Source of the DNA: Podarcis cretensis
Lineage: Eukaryota
Length of the DNA: 64,000 nt
Direction: 5' to 3'
Assembly: GCA_951804945.1 (NCBI GenBank)
Contig: OX638156.1
Location: 29,388,001 to 29,452,000 of the forward strand
Below the pieces are notes generated by a model that saw nothing but the letters and a program-made list of their open reading frames with translations, did no database searches and was not told the DNA's origin. Position 1 is the stretch's first letter; each line of letters starts with the position of its first letter. The translations under genes and the position numbers were made by a program. Positions 36,728 through 49,757 of this stretch are shown here, piece by piece.

Positions 36728-39129
36728 CCATCTTCAGGCCAAAGGCTTGGCCATGGAAGGCTTTGAAGTTCTCTCAAGAGAGTGGACCTGGACGAGGGAG
36801 CTTGGAGACAACATTTGTTGGAGCAAGTTGCTCATTTGGAGTTGTCTGTGGTCCAGCAGCTTTCCTCCAGCCTTCTCTTTGGGTTCTAGCATCAGCATGA
36901 CAGCTGGCCTTGCATGCAATGCACATGGACTTGAGAGGGGCAGGAGATGTTTCTTGCTTCATACTGGGCCTCTAGATATCTAGAGGAGGCCCTAATGGGA
37001 GGAGACAGCCTTTGAAAAGTAACAGTCAATAAGATTACTTTTGGGGTATATCAGAGATAACCAAAACTCCAGGACTACAGTCCACCAATAAATCAAATGC
37101 ACACCAAAGCTAAGAGTTGATCACTTATTTATTTCATGTATTAAAATATTTATAACCTGCCCCTATAGCACTTGGTCTCAAAGCAGAGTCCATAATTCAT
37201 TTTAAAATGTCAATTCATTATATGAAATAAAGCACATAAAATGATGAATAACCAACCAGCACTGATCTTAAATCAATCAGCAGATCACAGGATAAAGTTA
37301 ACAATGATCCCTACTTCTATTGTCTATTGGGACATTATGCACATTTTTAATGGAGGGGGAGCAGGTCCCAGGTGAGAGGTGATATGGTGCCAGAATGCGT
37401 ATGAGGCAGGCCCTGTCAGTGGGGGATGCCTGGCTTACTAGCAGTACATGTGAAAATGATCTAGGGATCTTAGTAGAACACAAATGAGTCAACAGAGTGA
37501 TGCAGCAGCAATAAAAGTTAATGCTATTCTAGGCTACATCAACAGAAGTATAGTGTCTAGGTCAAAACCACACTTAGAGAACTGGAGAAATGGTGTGATG
37601 ACAATCAGGTGCAAATATAGCATACAGAGTTATAATAACAATGTTCCCAACAGTGTGGTTGGTTCAGTAATATTGACTTCCATCTTGTAGCATCAGTACA
37701 TAATGACTCTCAATTTTTCAGTGAAACTATTATTAAGTTGCCTTCCTTCCCTTACCCTGACTATATTGCTTAATTATTTTGATAATTTCAACCACTTCTC
37801 ATCGTCTTGCTAGGCAAGTTCCCAGTGATAGTGCATTGATTTCCCAAACCCCCATCATAGTTGATTGCAATCTGGGCAAATCATTTCCTTGTCTTCCAAC
37901 AAGACAGAAATTTTTAAAACAGAAGTCGGGAACCTTTTTCAGCCTTACAGCCACGTGTCCTCCTGGGAACCTTACAAGGGCCCATGTCAGCGGTCGGCAG
38001 AGCCAGTGAGGGGGAAGGCAGCCTGAGGGGAGTTCCAAGGGCCAAACAGACATGCCTGGAGGGCCATATTCAGTCTCCCGGCCTGTGGTTGCCCACCCCT
38101 GCTTCAACATAGCAGAAGAGTATTAATAGAGGGTTTGCTGGTAACTCTACCCAATGTGAACAGTGCTGCTTTCTAAATCCCCATCTCTTTAACTCATTGG
38201 GTCTGCAAACAAGAGAAACAAAAGTTTGGCCGAAATCTGAGTGGGAGAGAGAGAGAGAAATAGAAGCCAACCCATCCCCACCTTCACCCCTGTGCTTCAG
38301 AGGCAGAAATGTTGATGCATATTTCTTAGAAATGTTTGGTGCCGTTTGCAGAAATAGGAGGAAGTTGAGCAGGCGTCTCACAACACTCGCTTCCTTCCTG
38401 GGCAAGGGTAAGGAGGGGCCGTCCGAAATTGGGGGGTGGGGAGCACTCAGCCAGGAACAAAAAGCCCCTTCAGAGTCTGATGGAATCTGACATGAGCTTT
38501 TGAGCTCCCCAAGTGGCGTTTATGGCTAAAGATCTGGAAAAGAAAATAAATCTTCCAGGCCTGGCATCTTGCTTTAATTAATAACATAATCAAGCTCTTG
38601 GCCAAGTGGAATGGAACTGTGTTTCGCCACTTGACGTAGGCCTTGTGAGCCAGGCGAGGGTCGGCCGGCCCTGCACTGGATAGAGTAACGCCAGAAGTGG
38701 CGCAATGACACTGGAGCGGCTTCTGTGCGGATGCCAGAGTAAATCTGAGCTGGGATTGTTTCATGCCTCCTCTCCCCTGTGAGAATCGCAACCGAATTCC
38801 TTCGTCGGAGCAGAGCGGGGCCATCTGGAAAGCTGGAGAAAGGTCTAATTGCTGAAGGGGAGAGAGAAAGTCGTGGTTTGGCTTACGGCAGCACTTTTAA
38901 ATTTACAGTTTTCCTTTATGTCTTGTAAATGGCACAGTTCTCTGGATATATTAAATAGCACATGCAGTGTGTATAAGTGTTTTCCTGAGTGCGCCATCTG
39001 CCTTATCTCAGTAGGCCTTACAACAACCCTGTAAGGCAGACAGGCCTGGCAACAGCTGCAGAGTGGCTGCTTATGAAGTCCCAAGAGAGAGGGAGGACAT
39101 TCTGCATAACATTTGCTAATGCTAATTTA

Positions 39130-39660
39130 TATAGAATCATAGAATTGTAGAGTAGGAAGGGATCCCAAGGATCATCTAGCCCAACTCTCTGCAATGCAGG
39201 AATCTCAAGTAAAGCATCCATGGCAGATGGCCATCCAACCTCTGCTTAAAAACCTCCAAGGAAAGAGAGAATACCACCTCATGTGAGAGTCTGTTCCACT
39301 GTCAAAAGGCTGTTATCGTCACCAAATTTCTCCTGGTGTTTAGTCGAAATCTTCTTTCTTGTAACTTGTAAGCCATTGGTTTGGGTCCTAGCTTCCAGAG
39401 CAGCTTGCTCCATCTTCCATGTGACTCCCATTTAGATATATGAAGAAGGCTATCATATCTCCTCTCAGTCTCCTCTTTTCCAAGTTACACATACCCAATT
39501 CTCCCAACTGTTCCTTATAAGATCATCTTCATCGCCCTGCTCTGCACATGTTCCAGCTTGTCAGTAGCCTTCTTAAACTGTGGCACCCAGAACTGGATGC
39601 TGTATTACAGGTGTGTTCTAGCCAAAGCAGAATAGAGTGGTACTATGGCTTCCCTTGATG
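39130..39660 (-). mobile_element. Older CR1 LINE 3' fragment
   Basis: Diverged homologue of 57618-58215. Confidence 0.8.
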
Positions 39661-40063
39661 CAATATGTTAATATAAAGGCTATATTCCAACTCAAAATAC
39701 AATCCATCTGACCGTAGTGGGGAAGACTGTGTGCCCTCACAGACTGTTGTTCATATGCTGCTGTTAATGGGCAACTACTTCAAGCCCCCTCCTGCTCTCC
39801 CTTTTTAGGGTTCTTTATCTTTAAACGGTACTTGGACGGGACAGCTGTTCAAGTAGAGGATTCCTTTAAATAGAGAAATGCCCCCTCTAAACTAGGAGAC
39901 ACGTCCACCCTAGTAAGCGGTGGCATCCATGGGTAGCTGGCTGTGCCCTCTGCTGATGTATGCACTGGGCATTTAAACCCCCACCTCCAATTCTCCTATT
40001 GGGGTTATGAGCAGCTCATGGTCACCAACAAGACCCGAGAAGTCAAGCATTCTGGGGCATCAT

Positions 40064-40155
40064 GTTTTGTTGGAGGCTGCCCAGAGTGGCTGGGGAAACC
40101 TGGCCAGATGGGCGGGGTATAAATAATAAATATCATCATCATCATCATCATCATC
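40064..40155 (+). mobile_element. L2 3' tail fragment
   Basis: Matches 23050-23140 (ccagatgggcggggtataaataataa). Confidence 0.75.
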
Positions 40156-42062
40156 TACACGTGTGTGGGAAGTGACCGCTACCACAAAAGCATAGCAATG
40201 TGCCCAAACTGGAATTTTTTGCATTGTGGGCGAAAACCCAACCAACCAACCCGAGGGGAATTGCTAGAAAATAAATGGTAGCTGCCATGTTTTGTTTTTA
40301 CCCACAATGCACTGGAACCAGAACTTCTGGCATTTCAGGGAAATAAAGATGGTGGCTGCAACCACAGCAACTGAGGGCCCAAATACCCGCTCAGATATTG
40401 AGATGGTAGGGAATCTAGGAACACACCCTGTCATGACCCCCTGCAAAGCCTCTTGATTACATCCCTCTGTGGCTTTTCTGTTTTTAAAAACAAATAAGGA
40501 AAACTTTTAGACAACAATGCGCTGTTTGGCCTGAAGAAATCTCTAAACCTAATAGGGTTAACGCTGTGCTTTGTGTAAGCAAAGGCTGGAGAATAAACTA
40601 CTGTTGTTTCCCCGACCTGACTGACACATTTATTGATCATTTTTTCCAGCAGTTCATTCATAAAGGCCAATTGAGCTGGGCTCTTGGGATAGAATAGCCT
40701 TTTAACAAAATCCTCAAGAGGGGCAGTGCAGGGGCTGGGGCATGCGTGACTGGCTCTCGGTAATTTGCTTCTGAAAAGTGACAGACTGGTAGCAGGGAAA
40801 AACAGGTCCGGCTCTAACACTGCGTTCACTGGACTGCAGGCATGAAGTGCTGGATGGATAAATGGTTGCATGTGTTCTGCAAACTGGGAAGGTTTACTGG
40901 AAGATGAAAAGCTTTGCATGCAGAAGGCCATCTCAGCATCTCCAGGTCGGGTTTGGAGAGACTCTCTGAGTCCCTGGAGAGCTGCTGCCAGTCAGTGTCT
41001 ACACTACTGATGGCCTGTTGGTCTGACATTGCATAAGGCAGCTTCCTATCCTGTAAAAAATAGCATCTTATCGGTAATGGAGATTGGGCAGGACTAGAGC
41101 TCAGTGGTGGAACACCTGCTTTTTGTGCAGGAAGTCCCAGATTGAATCCCGGACATCTGCAGGTAGGGCTGAGAAAGTCATCTGTCTGAAACCCTGGACA
41201 GCCACTGCTAGTCACCTTTCTGAAAGGTGATAAAGGTCTGTCCAGTCTGCAATGGGCTTGACATTAAAGAACCCTTAGAATGAAAAGACAGAAGCTGCCC
41301 ACCAAACATTTGCATCACTTGGACAGCAGAATGTTCTCCCTACTATGGTGAAATCTTGTGTATTTCTTTTTAAATTAGAGTAGCAGCTCTAAAATAGCAT
41401 CTCTACATTTTTCATGCCAACCTATGCCCCCATTTGTCTTCTTTTGGGGGGCCATGCATGTACCCCCATTGGAACAGGGCAATAAGAGAAGAGTAAGCCC
41501 TTAAATGCCAGGCTTGGGTGCTTGTGCGCACATATGCACACACTCTGTTTGAGGGTACACGATCTTCTCTCTCTCGTATATCATTTTCAGCTCCCTTGAA
41601 AAACTGTTGCCCATCTCCAAGTTGAAACGCCAGCCCTCAACATTTGGCTGGCTGAAACTTACATTTCAGAAACCCCTCATCAAAAAAACAAAACAAGAAA
41701 CATTTCTTTAAAACCCCAAACAGGCTCTAATCCCTTTCCGCTTGGCACCTGAGCCTAGCTTGGTTGTTGATTTTATCCTGCCGCCCCGCATGCTTTGGCG
41801 TCCGGCAATGACGGGATTGGAAGAAATCAAGGTTTAATGAGTTGCAGCTGGTGCAATAGATCCCAAGCAAGGGCTTCTTATAATCATGGCTTCCCGTGAA
41901 ATAAGCCAGCACTGTCCTTTCCTGCACATTCACCACCTCCAGGAGCCAGAAAGCACAGGGTTGGTCTGCAGCCAGCGCACACAGGCTGCACATTAAAGTC
42001 TCCTTTTCCCTTCACCTCTTGTGCCCCCATTGGAACAGGGCAATAAGAGAAGAGTAAGCCCT

Positions 42063-42643
42063 CTTGGGCTGCATGATCACTGCAAATGGTGACAGCAGCC
42101 ATGAAATTAAAAGACGCCTGCTTCTTGGGAGAAAAGCAATGACAAACCTAGACAGCATCTTAAAAAGTAGAGACATCACCTTGCCAACAAAGGTCCGTAT
42201 AGTAAAAGCGATGGTTTTGTAGTGATGTATGGAAGTGAAAGCTGGACCATAAAGAAGGCTGATCAATGAATTGATGCTTTTGAATTATGGTCTGGAGGAG
42301 ACTCTTGAAAGTCCCATGGACTGCAAGAAGATCAAACGTATCCATTCTTAAGGAAATCAGCCCTGAGTGCTCACGGGAAGGACAGATCGTGAAGCTGAGG
42401 CTCCAATACTTTGGCCACCTCATGAGAAGAGAAGACTCCCTGGAAAAGACCCTGATGCTGGGAAAGATGAAGGGCACAAGGAGAAGGGGACGACAGAGGA
42501 CGAGATGGTTGGATAGTGTTCTCGAAGCTACCAGCATGAGTTTGACCAAACTGCGGGAGGCAGTGGAAGACAGAAGTGCCTGGCGTGCTCTGGTTCATGG
42601 GGTCACGAAGAGTCGGACACGACTAAACGACTAAACAACAACA
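42063..42643 (+). mobile_element. BovB (RTE) LINE 3' fragment
   Basis: ORF WRRLLKVPWTARRSN...YFGHLMRREDSLEKTLMLGK...VHGVTKSRTRLND; (CAA)n tail; TSD aagccct. Confidence 0.92.
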
Positions 42644-43305
42644 AAGCCCTTAAATGCCAGGCTTGGGTATTTGTGCGCACACTCACACACGCTCTGTTTG
42701 AGGGTACAAGTAAAGTTATTTATTTATTTCAGTTATGAATTCCTTCCTATTAGGGATGCATGAAGGCATCGTTTCTCCATTCCATGGCCTGCAGCTCTGT
42801 TTCCATTCCACTGCAGTTATGTAAGTTACGTGGTTGTTACGTTATTCTGATACATTAATTTCAACACAAATGAAATACAATGCAAACAGGAGTGGGTGGA
42901 AATAATCAATTATGTAACCTCGCGAGCCCCCACCTACCTTCCTTCCTATGTGCCACCAGCCAAAGGAGTGGCACTGCCTGTCACTTTCCTCTTTCTTGGT
43001 CTCAATGTTGCCCCTTGTAAAACTCAGTGGCGAGGTGGATGGTGGCAATACTAGAATTAGTTGGCTCTGCCTCTCTTTGGCTCTGTTATTGGTCTTCCAG
43101 TCTTTTGCCCTGTCAGTCCCCATGGCAACCAACTACGACTGGGAGTAGTTACACAAGACAGGACCTTCACAGTGGTGGCCCCCAGACTTTGGAACTCCCT
43201 CCTTGAGGACATCAAATTGCTGCTCTTATTGCTGCCCTTCAGAAACCAGCTAAATCCTTATTTTCTCAGCCATGCTTTGGGAAATTTAATTGTCCAGAGA
43301 CCCAA

Positions 43306-43554
43306 TACAGTCATGCCTTGGGTTGAAGTAGCTTCAGGTTAAACATTTTCGGGTTGCGCAAGCGGCGAAACCTGGAAGTAACGTGCTCTGTTACTTCCGG
43401 GTCGCCGTGAGCTCAAAATGACGTCATCTACATGCGCGGAAGCGGCGAATTGCAACCCGCGCATGCGCAGACGTGCAGACACGGGTTGTGTTCGCTTCAG
43501 GATGCGAACGGGGCTCCGGAACGGATCCCGTTCGCATTCAGAGGTACCACTGTA
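43306..43554. mobile_element. Tc1/mariner-type MITE
   Basis: TA-flanked; ends gaggtaccactgta. Confidence 0.7.
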
Positions 43555-44398
43555 ATTATATTGGCGGGACTGGAGTATCATGAGGATATTTCTTGAATTT
43601 GAATGGTGTTATGGGTTTAATTTGATAATTTACTCTGTGCTGATCATTCAATTTATGTTGCGCACTGCCCTGGACTTCCAACTGGGTGGAAGAGCACAAT
43701 AAGAAATGAATGAATTAATTAATTGGGGTGAGCAAATTGATGTCTAATCAAGTAGCGACAGGATCGATCAATTAATCCTTTGGTCAAAGCATTGTCAGAG
43801 CAATGCTGAGTGTTTGGTTAAAACCCTCAACTAGTGTGGTTCCCCACTCTTCCCCGCCCCCTTTCCCAACACACTTCATTTAATAAAACCCACAATGGTT
43901 TCCATAAAGCGCATCTTTGACTATCAGGACATCAAAGCCAAAAGCCGCCAAAGTAGAGGGTCAAAAGAGTTAACACGTATTATTTGCGTGGGGGAGGGGG
44001 CTCTCTTCCACCCATCTCGACCCTTTCTCTTGAGCAAAATAATTAGCAGTCCCGTAAGAAGCCTCCTGATCTCTTTTATTGGCACAATCATTATATAAAA
44101 TATATCTGGAAGACTATTTACAAACTTCCCCATAACCATCAATCATGCCCTTTCAGAAGTTATCTAACCTCAAGAAACTGCTAATGCAACAAAGCTATTT
44201 AATGGTGGCATTGTGCGGAGGGGGAGGGGAAAGAAGGGTTTGTTTCTTTCACTCTCCCCCCACTTCCATTACTATGGAATTCATAATAACATCAATAATT
44301 AAATATAAATTGGATTTAATATTTTATGCTGGCGACATGCAATTTACACTCTACCCGAGAAATCAAAAGGTCATGTCTGATGTAAATGAGTGCGCTCT

Positions 44399-44399
<1 letters not shown>

Positions 44400-44449
<50 letters not shown>
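44400..44449. repeat. (TG)n(AG)n compound microsatellite
   Basis: Seen directly. Confidence 0.9.
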
Positions 44450-44455
<6 letters not shown>

Positions 44456-44599
44456 ACAGACTTGCTAAGAAAGTAGACACTGGAAATCAGAACAGCTCTT
44501 CCACAGTCCTGTTCTGGGTGTTATTAGCTCCTGGATGTTAAGTAGCCCTATCTCAAATATTATTAGTATTAGTGTTTTATGCTGCTCCATGCTTTATAT

Positions 44600-44845
44600 T
44601 ACAAGGATGGAGAGTCCAACTAAACATTAGGAAAAACTTTCTGGCCAGAACAGTTTAACAGTGGAACAGACTCCCTCAGCAGGTGGTGGACTCCCCTTCA
44701 TTGGAAACTTTTAAGCAGAGGTTATGTGGCCATCCGCCAGGGATTTTTTAGCTGTAATTCCTACATTGTAGAGGGTTGGACCAGACAGCCCTTGAGGGTA
44801 CATTACAACTCTACAGGTCTACGATTCTATTATGATGATTCTATT
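44600..44845 (+). mobile_element. CR1 3' end fragment
   Basis: aacattaggaaaaactttct...caactctac...gattctat, typical CR1 3' end. Confidence 0.7.
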
Positions 44846-45121
44846 ATTCAATTAGGGTGCATAACCTTGCCCTTCAATTTCTGCTGCGATGCACAAACAA
44901 TTATTTCAAATTCAACACAGCCTGGATGAGTGCATGCTGATTTTTTGTGTGTGTGTGTGTCTGTATGTATGCGTACAGGGGTGTTGTGTCCTATTTTGCT
45001 GCTTGAGGTGAAATGGGAAGTGCACTATTCCCTCAGGTAGGAAAGCCTGGATATTGTCTAAACTCTGAAAAGGTTTTGTGCAAGCAAAGCATGATGAATG
45101 CTTAGTAAGGTCCTCTGGAGT

Positions 45122-45296
45122 CACTGGTGGAGGAAGATGGGGGCGGGGGGAGCGCACCGCCCCCGGCAGTGCCATACCCCCAGGACTTGTGCCACGCCCC
45201 TGCGGGCGGCACGCCATGCCCCCGGGATGCGCGTCAGACACGTCCCCACCTGCTCTCTGCCCACCCCAGGTGCCAGAACATGAAGCTCTGCCACTG
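45122..45296. mobile_element. hAT-type MITE
   Basis: Degenerate TIRs cactggtggag / ctctgccactg; 8-bp TSD tctggagt/tctggagg. Confidence 0.65.
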
Positions 45297-46411
45297 TCTG
45301 GAGGAAAAAAGCACACCAAGAACTCAGGCCAATAGTTGACTATGGACTAACATGAACTTACTGGTTTTTGATCCATAATTGACTTCTGACTTGCTCAGTG
45401 ATTGAAACTAAGACCTTCAAGTTGAATCTGACTATGAACTAACATGAACGTATCTCTACTCATAAACTCTTATCTCTAATTCCGTAACGAATTATTGTGT
45501 TATACATATCTTTATGAGTTTGAGTTTGTAATCTCTATTTGAGTTTGTAATCCTTGTCAGAATACATACTTTTGAATGGATTAGTTTTTGTTACAATTGA
45601 CTATTAATTTGCAAGTAGGGACCACTTCCACTATTGAAACTTACATTGGCCTGAGTTCTTGGGGTGCTTTTTTCTTGGTATATTTAATAACAAGAACTCC
45701 AGTTTATTTAACTGTCTGGAGGAACCCTGTCAAATGGAAAATAGGGGTGTTTTTAGTACATAAGCACATATTCACTTTTATCTGTGAAGCTGTGCACTTC
45801 TGCTTATTCTTAATAGCTTGTGGAACTGAGTCATGCATTTCTCTTTTTTTTCTCACTCCCTCTTCCCCCCGTGGTGCACTTCCATTTTTTATTTATTTTT
45901 TGCTGCTCCCAGGACTTTATTCTTTTTTTCTGCACAAAACTCAGATGAGGAAGTGGGTCAAAAGATTGTGGCCACTTTTTCCCAGAGACTTATCTCTTGG
46001 CACGCACTCTGCCAGGTGGCTGGATGGAGTATGTCAGGACAAGAGGCATGTGTGGGATGGCGGGGGTGGGAGAGAAGACCATTTTCATTTTGATTTGCCT
46101 GGCTATGCGATTTCTGTCCCTTGCTTTGCAGCTGCAGGAAATTGGGTTTGGGATGGAAATGTTTCTCTCCTTCCCAGGCTTAAAATAGAAAGTGCGTTTG
46201 TTTGTGAGTATGTGTGTCGGGTTCAGGGGAGCCCATGAAAGAGAAAGGAGGCAAAGCATTTATTCAGAAGAAAATGCCATGGGCAAGAGTAGTTCAAAGG
46301 TGCTTGGAGGCTCAGGGCCAAACTAATGCAGGTTCCAAATTTTGTGTTCCTTTAAGTGTGTTGTTAAAACAACCCCAAACACAAGTGCTATTGATCGGGG
46401 GGAGATTATGG

Positions 46412-46663
46412 AGAGCCAGTGTGGTGTAGTGGTTAAGAGCGGTGGACTCGTAATCTGGTGAACCGGGTTCGCATCTCCGCTCCTCCACATGCAGCTGCTG
46501 GGTGACCTTGGGCTAGTCACACTCCTCTGAAGTCTCTCAGCCCCACTCACCTCACAGAGTGTTTGTTGTGGGGGAGGAAGGGAAGGAGAATGTTAGCCGC
46601 TTTGAGACTCCTTCGGGTAGTGATAAAGCAGTATATCAAATCCAAACTCTTCTTCTTCTTCTT
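46412..46663 (+). mobile_element. tRNA-derived squamate SINE (Squam3-like)
   Basis: A box tggtgtagtggtt, B box gggttcgcatc; (CTT)n tail. Confidence 0.85.
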
Positions 46664-46825
46664 ATGACAATAGCATGGAGTGGGACGTTATTTAAAGTAT
46701 TTATATACTGTGAAATATATATTGTGAAATATCAAGCTGGTGTATAATAAATACAAGAAATCACAATGTAAACAATGCAAATACTAGTTAAAAATGGCTG
46801 TTTCTAACTCTTGCCCCACTAGAGC

Positions 46826-47282
46826 TGTAATGGTTCTAGGGGTTGCTCATGCGTAAGCCGGTGCTTATCTCCCCGGCTGGGTGCAAACACCTGGCTGGGT
46901 TGCCTAAGTGAACCTTTTCTGTCCGGACAGCCACTTACCTGTGGCTGACTCAATCGCTGGCAGAATCCATCAGTGGGCGTTTCTTAAACTTCTTCCAGCA
47001 AAGAAGCTCTTTGACGCCTAGTCTCCTCCTACTCTCTCTGTGCGAAAGCCTTCTGCGGAAGGAGGGCGTGGGCAACGGAGGACCCCTACTCTCCCTGCTG
47101 GTCCCAGGCAAGGAGTCATGGGACCGCCTCGCCGCTTCCCCCATCTGCCCCCCTTCTCCACCTGTGCTACGCTGATTCTCTTCCCCAGAAGATGGGCTGC
47201 TTCTCCCGATCCCTGGACGCTCTCTGGAATCCCTCTGGCTTTTGCTCTCTCTCTCTCTGGCACTGATGGCAGTTCCCTGACA
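46826..47282 (-). mobile_element. Solo-LTR-like element (copy 2) carrying an Arg-rich ORF
   Basis: Reverse complement homologue of 13350-13780; same termini; TSD agagc/agagt. Confidence 0.8.
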
Positions 47283-47864
47283 AGAGTCCTGATCAAGGAC
47301 AGGCCTCACCCATGTCTACAACTTGGGAGGTTCTCCACCCCCTAATTTAAATTGCATGACTAGGCACCCCAGGGACCACTAAAGGGTAAAGAGTTAGAGC
47401 CACTCCACCCCTTTGTTAAAGTCCTGATCCAGACTGAACCCCTCTGCTGCCAATCTGCAGAACAACCACCCTGTAAGTAAAGGCATAGTTATGTAGCCAC
47501 CATAGCATGTAATTTGGTCTGGTGGCACGATGTCTGAAACATCACTGGGCACCAGAAACCTGAATATCCACACTAGCCATAAGGCTAAGACTATGCCACT
47601 TTATTGCTGTTGAACAGAACACCACCAACACTTGACTGAGTCTCAGCAAGTGTACCCTGCCTTTCAAACAGTTATAGATGCTTGAGGAAATTGGTTTCTG
47701 TGAATTCCTGAAGCAAACTGACCTGAACTGCATCTCCCAGATTAATGTGCAGGTCATAATTATCCTTTGGATTTCATACTTCTCCAAATTTTGCAATGCA
47801 GTTAGTTGCCCAAAAATAAATAAATGAATGTTTTGAATAATTATTTTTATGTGACTGACGGAAG

Positions 47865-47913
47865 CTCTTTTCTTTTCTTTTTCTCCTTTTTTCTTTCCTT
47901 TTTTCTTTTTTCT

Positions 47914-47953
<40 letters not shown>

Positions 47954-47960
47954 TCCCCTT
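47865..47960. repeat. (TTTC)n pyrimidine tract
   Basis: Seen directly. Confidence 0.9.
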
Positions 47961-49757
47961 TTTTCCATGCTCAACTCTCTCTTTTCTTTTTCTGTTTTTG
48001 CTTTTATGTCGATTATTTTTTACCTCGTATCATAAAAAAGCTTTAATAAATAAATTATGAAGTGAAAAATAAAATTTTCTAGGCTCTGCACAGAGTGTCT
48101 TTAGGTTTGGTGCTCTGGTATGAGCCAGTTGATTCGTGTGAGTGTGAGACCAAAAAATGGGACATTCCAGGATCCAGTCAGAAGCTGGGATGGCTTCTGC
48201 CATTCCAGGATGTCCCGCTCAAATCGGGATGGTTGAGAGATATGGAATGTATCCTTGAATTCTGGTAATGACTCTTGTTCGCCTGGGTATTGGATAGAGA
48301 GGGTTGTGTAGAAACTAGCCTACTGCACAAAGGTAAAATTAGCCACTTTTGCCTCTGACCCTGTCCACCACTGACCTGTGGCCGTTGGAGTTTTACCCAG
48401 AAAGTAATGTGGCCCTCAGGCTGAAAACCATTTCCTACTTCTAGTTTTAGTTCAAATTGCAAGGTGTTCTCGATTTAAGAGAGTTTAGAAGCATACAGCA
48501 AGGAGACTAGCATGTAAAAATCAACTTCCTGCTTGTGTTGCCTTTAAAAGCATGTCACCAAAAAGCCCCCTGCCCAATCAACAAAACACCTGCAACCAGC
48601 TGGGCCCCAAGTCAGTTCCTTTTTCTGATGTTTCCCTTCCAGATTTGTATCAACAATAAAAGGGACTGAAAGAAGCCTCACATCCAAATTTAGATGGCAT
48701 TCAGACAGCCCTTTATTCCATTCCTGACATTTCCTTACCTGATAATTTTTGTATTTTTCACACAAAGTAAAAGCTGTTTCTGGAAATCTAATGGAAATTT
48801 ATCATTCATTTGTGTGCTGTCCTCCCCCCCCCCCAAATGTTGGCAGCCCTCTTAGCCTGGAAAATCGTGGAAGTTTTGTGCTATAATTTGCCTGCTGTTT
48901 TCATGGCCACAGCCACTCACATGATGAATTTTGAGGTGGTATTGCAGCATACAGTTTCCCACCATTTCATGGGTTAATCATGGGTGAGCAGAAGCATATA
49001 TGTGCATAAATAGTGGTGGTGACACTCAATGACTTCCTCTGTAGTGTCACACCATGTACTCTGGTGTGGATGGAGTTTAATGCAACATGGTGGTGTATCG
49101 ATCAAAAGTTCCAAGGGAATGTTAGAAGCTGGAGCAAAAGTGCTAGGATTACAGTATATAACCAAGAAAATGAACACAACCATCTCCAGGTCTGAATACA
49201 CCCACAAAAAGGCACTTTTACTTCTCAAACTGAAATATATAAAACCATAGAATTGTAGAGTTGGAAGGGACCTCCAGGGTCTAGTCCAACTCCCTGCAAT
49301 GCTATAAATAACATGATAGCGTATAGATTAAATTATGTGGCATCTAATAACCACTGCCATCAGTTTCCATGAACAATCTGATACAGGTGAATATTATTGC
49401 TGGCTAGACATGTTTTGTCTCTCTTCTTCAGTGGCATAGCTAAAATTTCAAGGATGCTGCTTTAGAATAGATTCATATTGTACAACATCCAAGCTTGTAT
49501 CTGTCAATTAATGTGCCTCCCCCTCCCAAATACTGTCACGTATTTCTCTTCCTTCTCAGGTGTACAGTAGGCAGTGGGCAGGATGGCCAGATTCAAAAGA
49601 GGGCAGGGCTTCTGTAATTGTGTAAAAAAGAAAAAAGGATTTTCAGTAGGTGCAGCTTGTCATGCAACTATTAAAGGTGCAGGAACGTTGCCGCCTCCTC
49701 CTCCTCCTCCTCCTCCTCCTCCTCCTTCTTCCCACCCTAACAGTAGGTGTACATAGG

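Noticed and set aside
45588-46238. 216-aa hydrophobic ORF
   Set aside because: TTG start, T-rich low-complexity composition, no domain or splice support
46412-46490. tRNA-like sequence (also 18640-18714, 36220-36280, 41095-41160)
   Set aside because: SINE heads continuing into SINE bodies; no complete cloverleaf or terminator
47774-48060. Lys/Glu-rich and Phe/Ser-rich ORFs
   Set aside because: Translations of the (TTTC)n microsatellite
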